From an uncultured Candidatus Saccharibacteria bacterium (GTDB lineage: Bacteria; Patescibacteriota; Minisyncoccia; Phycocordibacterales; PALSA-1337), in contig CAZRIX010000006.1 in assembly GCA_964600255.1 (NCBI GenBank), positions 1-63,083 of the forward strand: a DNA stretch of 63,083 nt, in the 5' to 3' direction. The position numbers and the translations under genes were made by a program. Of this stretch, positions 61,990 through 63,083 are shown piece by piece. The notes beneath the pieces are model-generated. The model searched no databases and was not told where the DNA came from. It saw only the letters and a list, made by a program, of their open reading frames with translations. The first letter of the stretch is position 1. Each line of letters starts with the position of its first letter.

Positions 61990-62682
61990 ATGATTTTTGT
62001 AGAAAACTGGGGTGCAGTATTCGCCCAATCATTGCAGGGTGTGTGGTATGGAGTAGTTTCATATGTTCCAAATATTATTATCGCCATCATTGTATTCGCT
62101 GTTGGGTGGTTCCTTGCTTCACTAGTTGAGAAACTAATTGAGGGTATATTCAAGAGTTTTAAGGTTGATGTTCTTCTAAAGAATGCAGGACTAGAGGATG
62201 TTGTTGAGAGAGCCGGACACAAGCTTAACTCAGGAAGATTCGTAGGATCTCTTGTTAAGTGGTTTGTGATCGTAGTATTCCTAGTTGCAGCATTTGATAT
62301 TCTTGAACTATCAGAAGTAAATCTATTCTTGAAGGATGTTGTTCTATCATACCTTCCACAAGTAATAATTTCAGTTCTAGTTCTTCTAGTATCAGTAGTT
62401 ATTGCAAGTGCAGTTGAAAAGTTAGTTGTTGCATCAGCACGTGCTGCTCATGTTAAATCAGCAACATTTCTAGGTGCAGTAGCAAAGTGGGCAATCTGGA
62501 TCTTCGCTATCCTTACAGCTCTGATTCATCTAGGAATCGCACCAGCACTTATCCAGACACTATTCATGGGAGTTGTTGTTGCGGCTGCTCTAGCTTCAGG
62601 TATTGCATTCGGTCTTGGAGGAAAAGAAGTAGCAGGAAGAATCTTGGAAAAAACAGTTCACACAATTTCAGACAAGGAGTAG
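61990..62682 (+). CDS. membrane protein with conserved-TM-helix repeats (mechanosensitive-channel-associated type)
   Basis: Repeated 'VP..I.AI.V...G...A' style helices. ATG 61990 avoids overlap with the upstream gene. Confidence 0.55.
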   Translation: MIFVENWGAVFAQSLQGVWYGVVSYVPNIIIAIIVFAVGWFLASLVEKLIEGIFKSFKVDVLLKNAGLEDVVERAGHKLNSGRFVGSLVKWFVIVVFLVAAFDILELSEVNLFLKDVVLSYLPQVIISVLVLLVSVVIASAVEKLVVASARAAHVKSATFLGAVAKWAIWIFAILTALIHLGIAPALIQTLFMGVVVAAALASGIAFGLGGKEVAGRILEKTVHTISDKE

Positions 62683-62704
62683 TATTTACTACAAGTTGAA
62701 ACAA

Positions 62705-62731
62705 AAGCATCTCCGAAAGGAGGTGTTTTTG
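62705..62731 (+). terminator. intrinsic terminator
   Basis: CATCTCC-GAAA-GGAGGTG followed by TTTTTG. Confidence 0.7.
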
Positions 62732-63083
62732 TATATTTTGTTGCATACCTATTGACTTATTTTCACGCTTCGTATAGACTATTCCTTACACAGAAATATG
62801 TTAAGAAATCACACTAAACGGCCATAACTTTCATTGCTTATTAAGTAGTGTTAGAACGGCCGCCAAAAGCGGTTTTTTGTAACAACAGAACGACTGATTC
62901 ATTGACAATTAAATACCAGAACAATCTCAACAATCAGGAGGTTGTTCTGGGAAAAGGTAATACTGCGAAATGTATATATGTAAGAGGGTTTTTTCGAATA
63001 TATACACGTAACAGTATGTTGTAATTGTAGACAAATAATTGTGGTTTTTAGATTTCCTAATGGGAAATTTAAGAGTATATGGT

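Noticed and set aside
1-63083. CRISPR arrays, rRNA genes, diversity-generating retroelements, prophage, integrase or transposase genes.
   Set aside because: I saw no regularly spaced direct repeats, no rRNA-like sequence, no reverse-transcriptase (YxDD) ORF, no template/variable repeat pair, and no recombinase-like ORF in any frame.

Overview
This is an AT-rich, gene-dense bacterial window made up mostly of housekeeping genes. By eye it looks like a small-genome CPR/Patescibacteria (Parcubacteria-like) organism; this is an inference from gene content and style, not a database result. The housekeeping set includes secE-nusG-rplK, rplJ-rplL, rpsF-ssb-rpsR, rplS, four aminoacyl-tRNA synthetases (argS, ileS, glyQS, metG), a thymidylate/folate cluster (folA-like, dcd, thyA, glyA, folD), recA, recO, ftsK, efp, ruvX, uppP, a DsbA/VKOR pair, a histidine kinase with a receiver protein, a PilM/N/O-like operon next to a VirD4/TraG-like ATPase, five tRNAs and a free-standing LAGLIDADG endonuclease. 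TGA acts as a stop codon, so the standard code applies. The main unexplained signal is a set of visibly G+C-richer insertions sitting in intergenic gaps between conserved genes. Six are orphan single-gene cassettes with their own promoter or leader and a strong intrinsic terminator. They include a divergent dUTPase/dCTP-deaminase-like gene paired with a 2-TM protein, and a protein with a PEP-CTERM-like tail. There are also at least three non-coding, highly structured RNA-like units: one of about 240 nt convergent with ileS, carrying a repeated G-rich loop motif, and two tandem units of about 115 nt between glyA and argS. Other notable points are a histidine-phosphatase domain inserted inside IleRS, many genes with a -10 box exactly 6 nt before the ATG (likely leaderless mRNAs), partial 5'-half duplications upstream of tRNA-His and tRNA-Val, and no rplA next to rplK. 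I saw no CRISPR array, rRNA, reverse transcriptase, integrase or transposase. All homology calls come from motif recognition by eye and need database confirmation.
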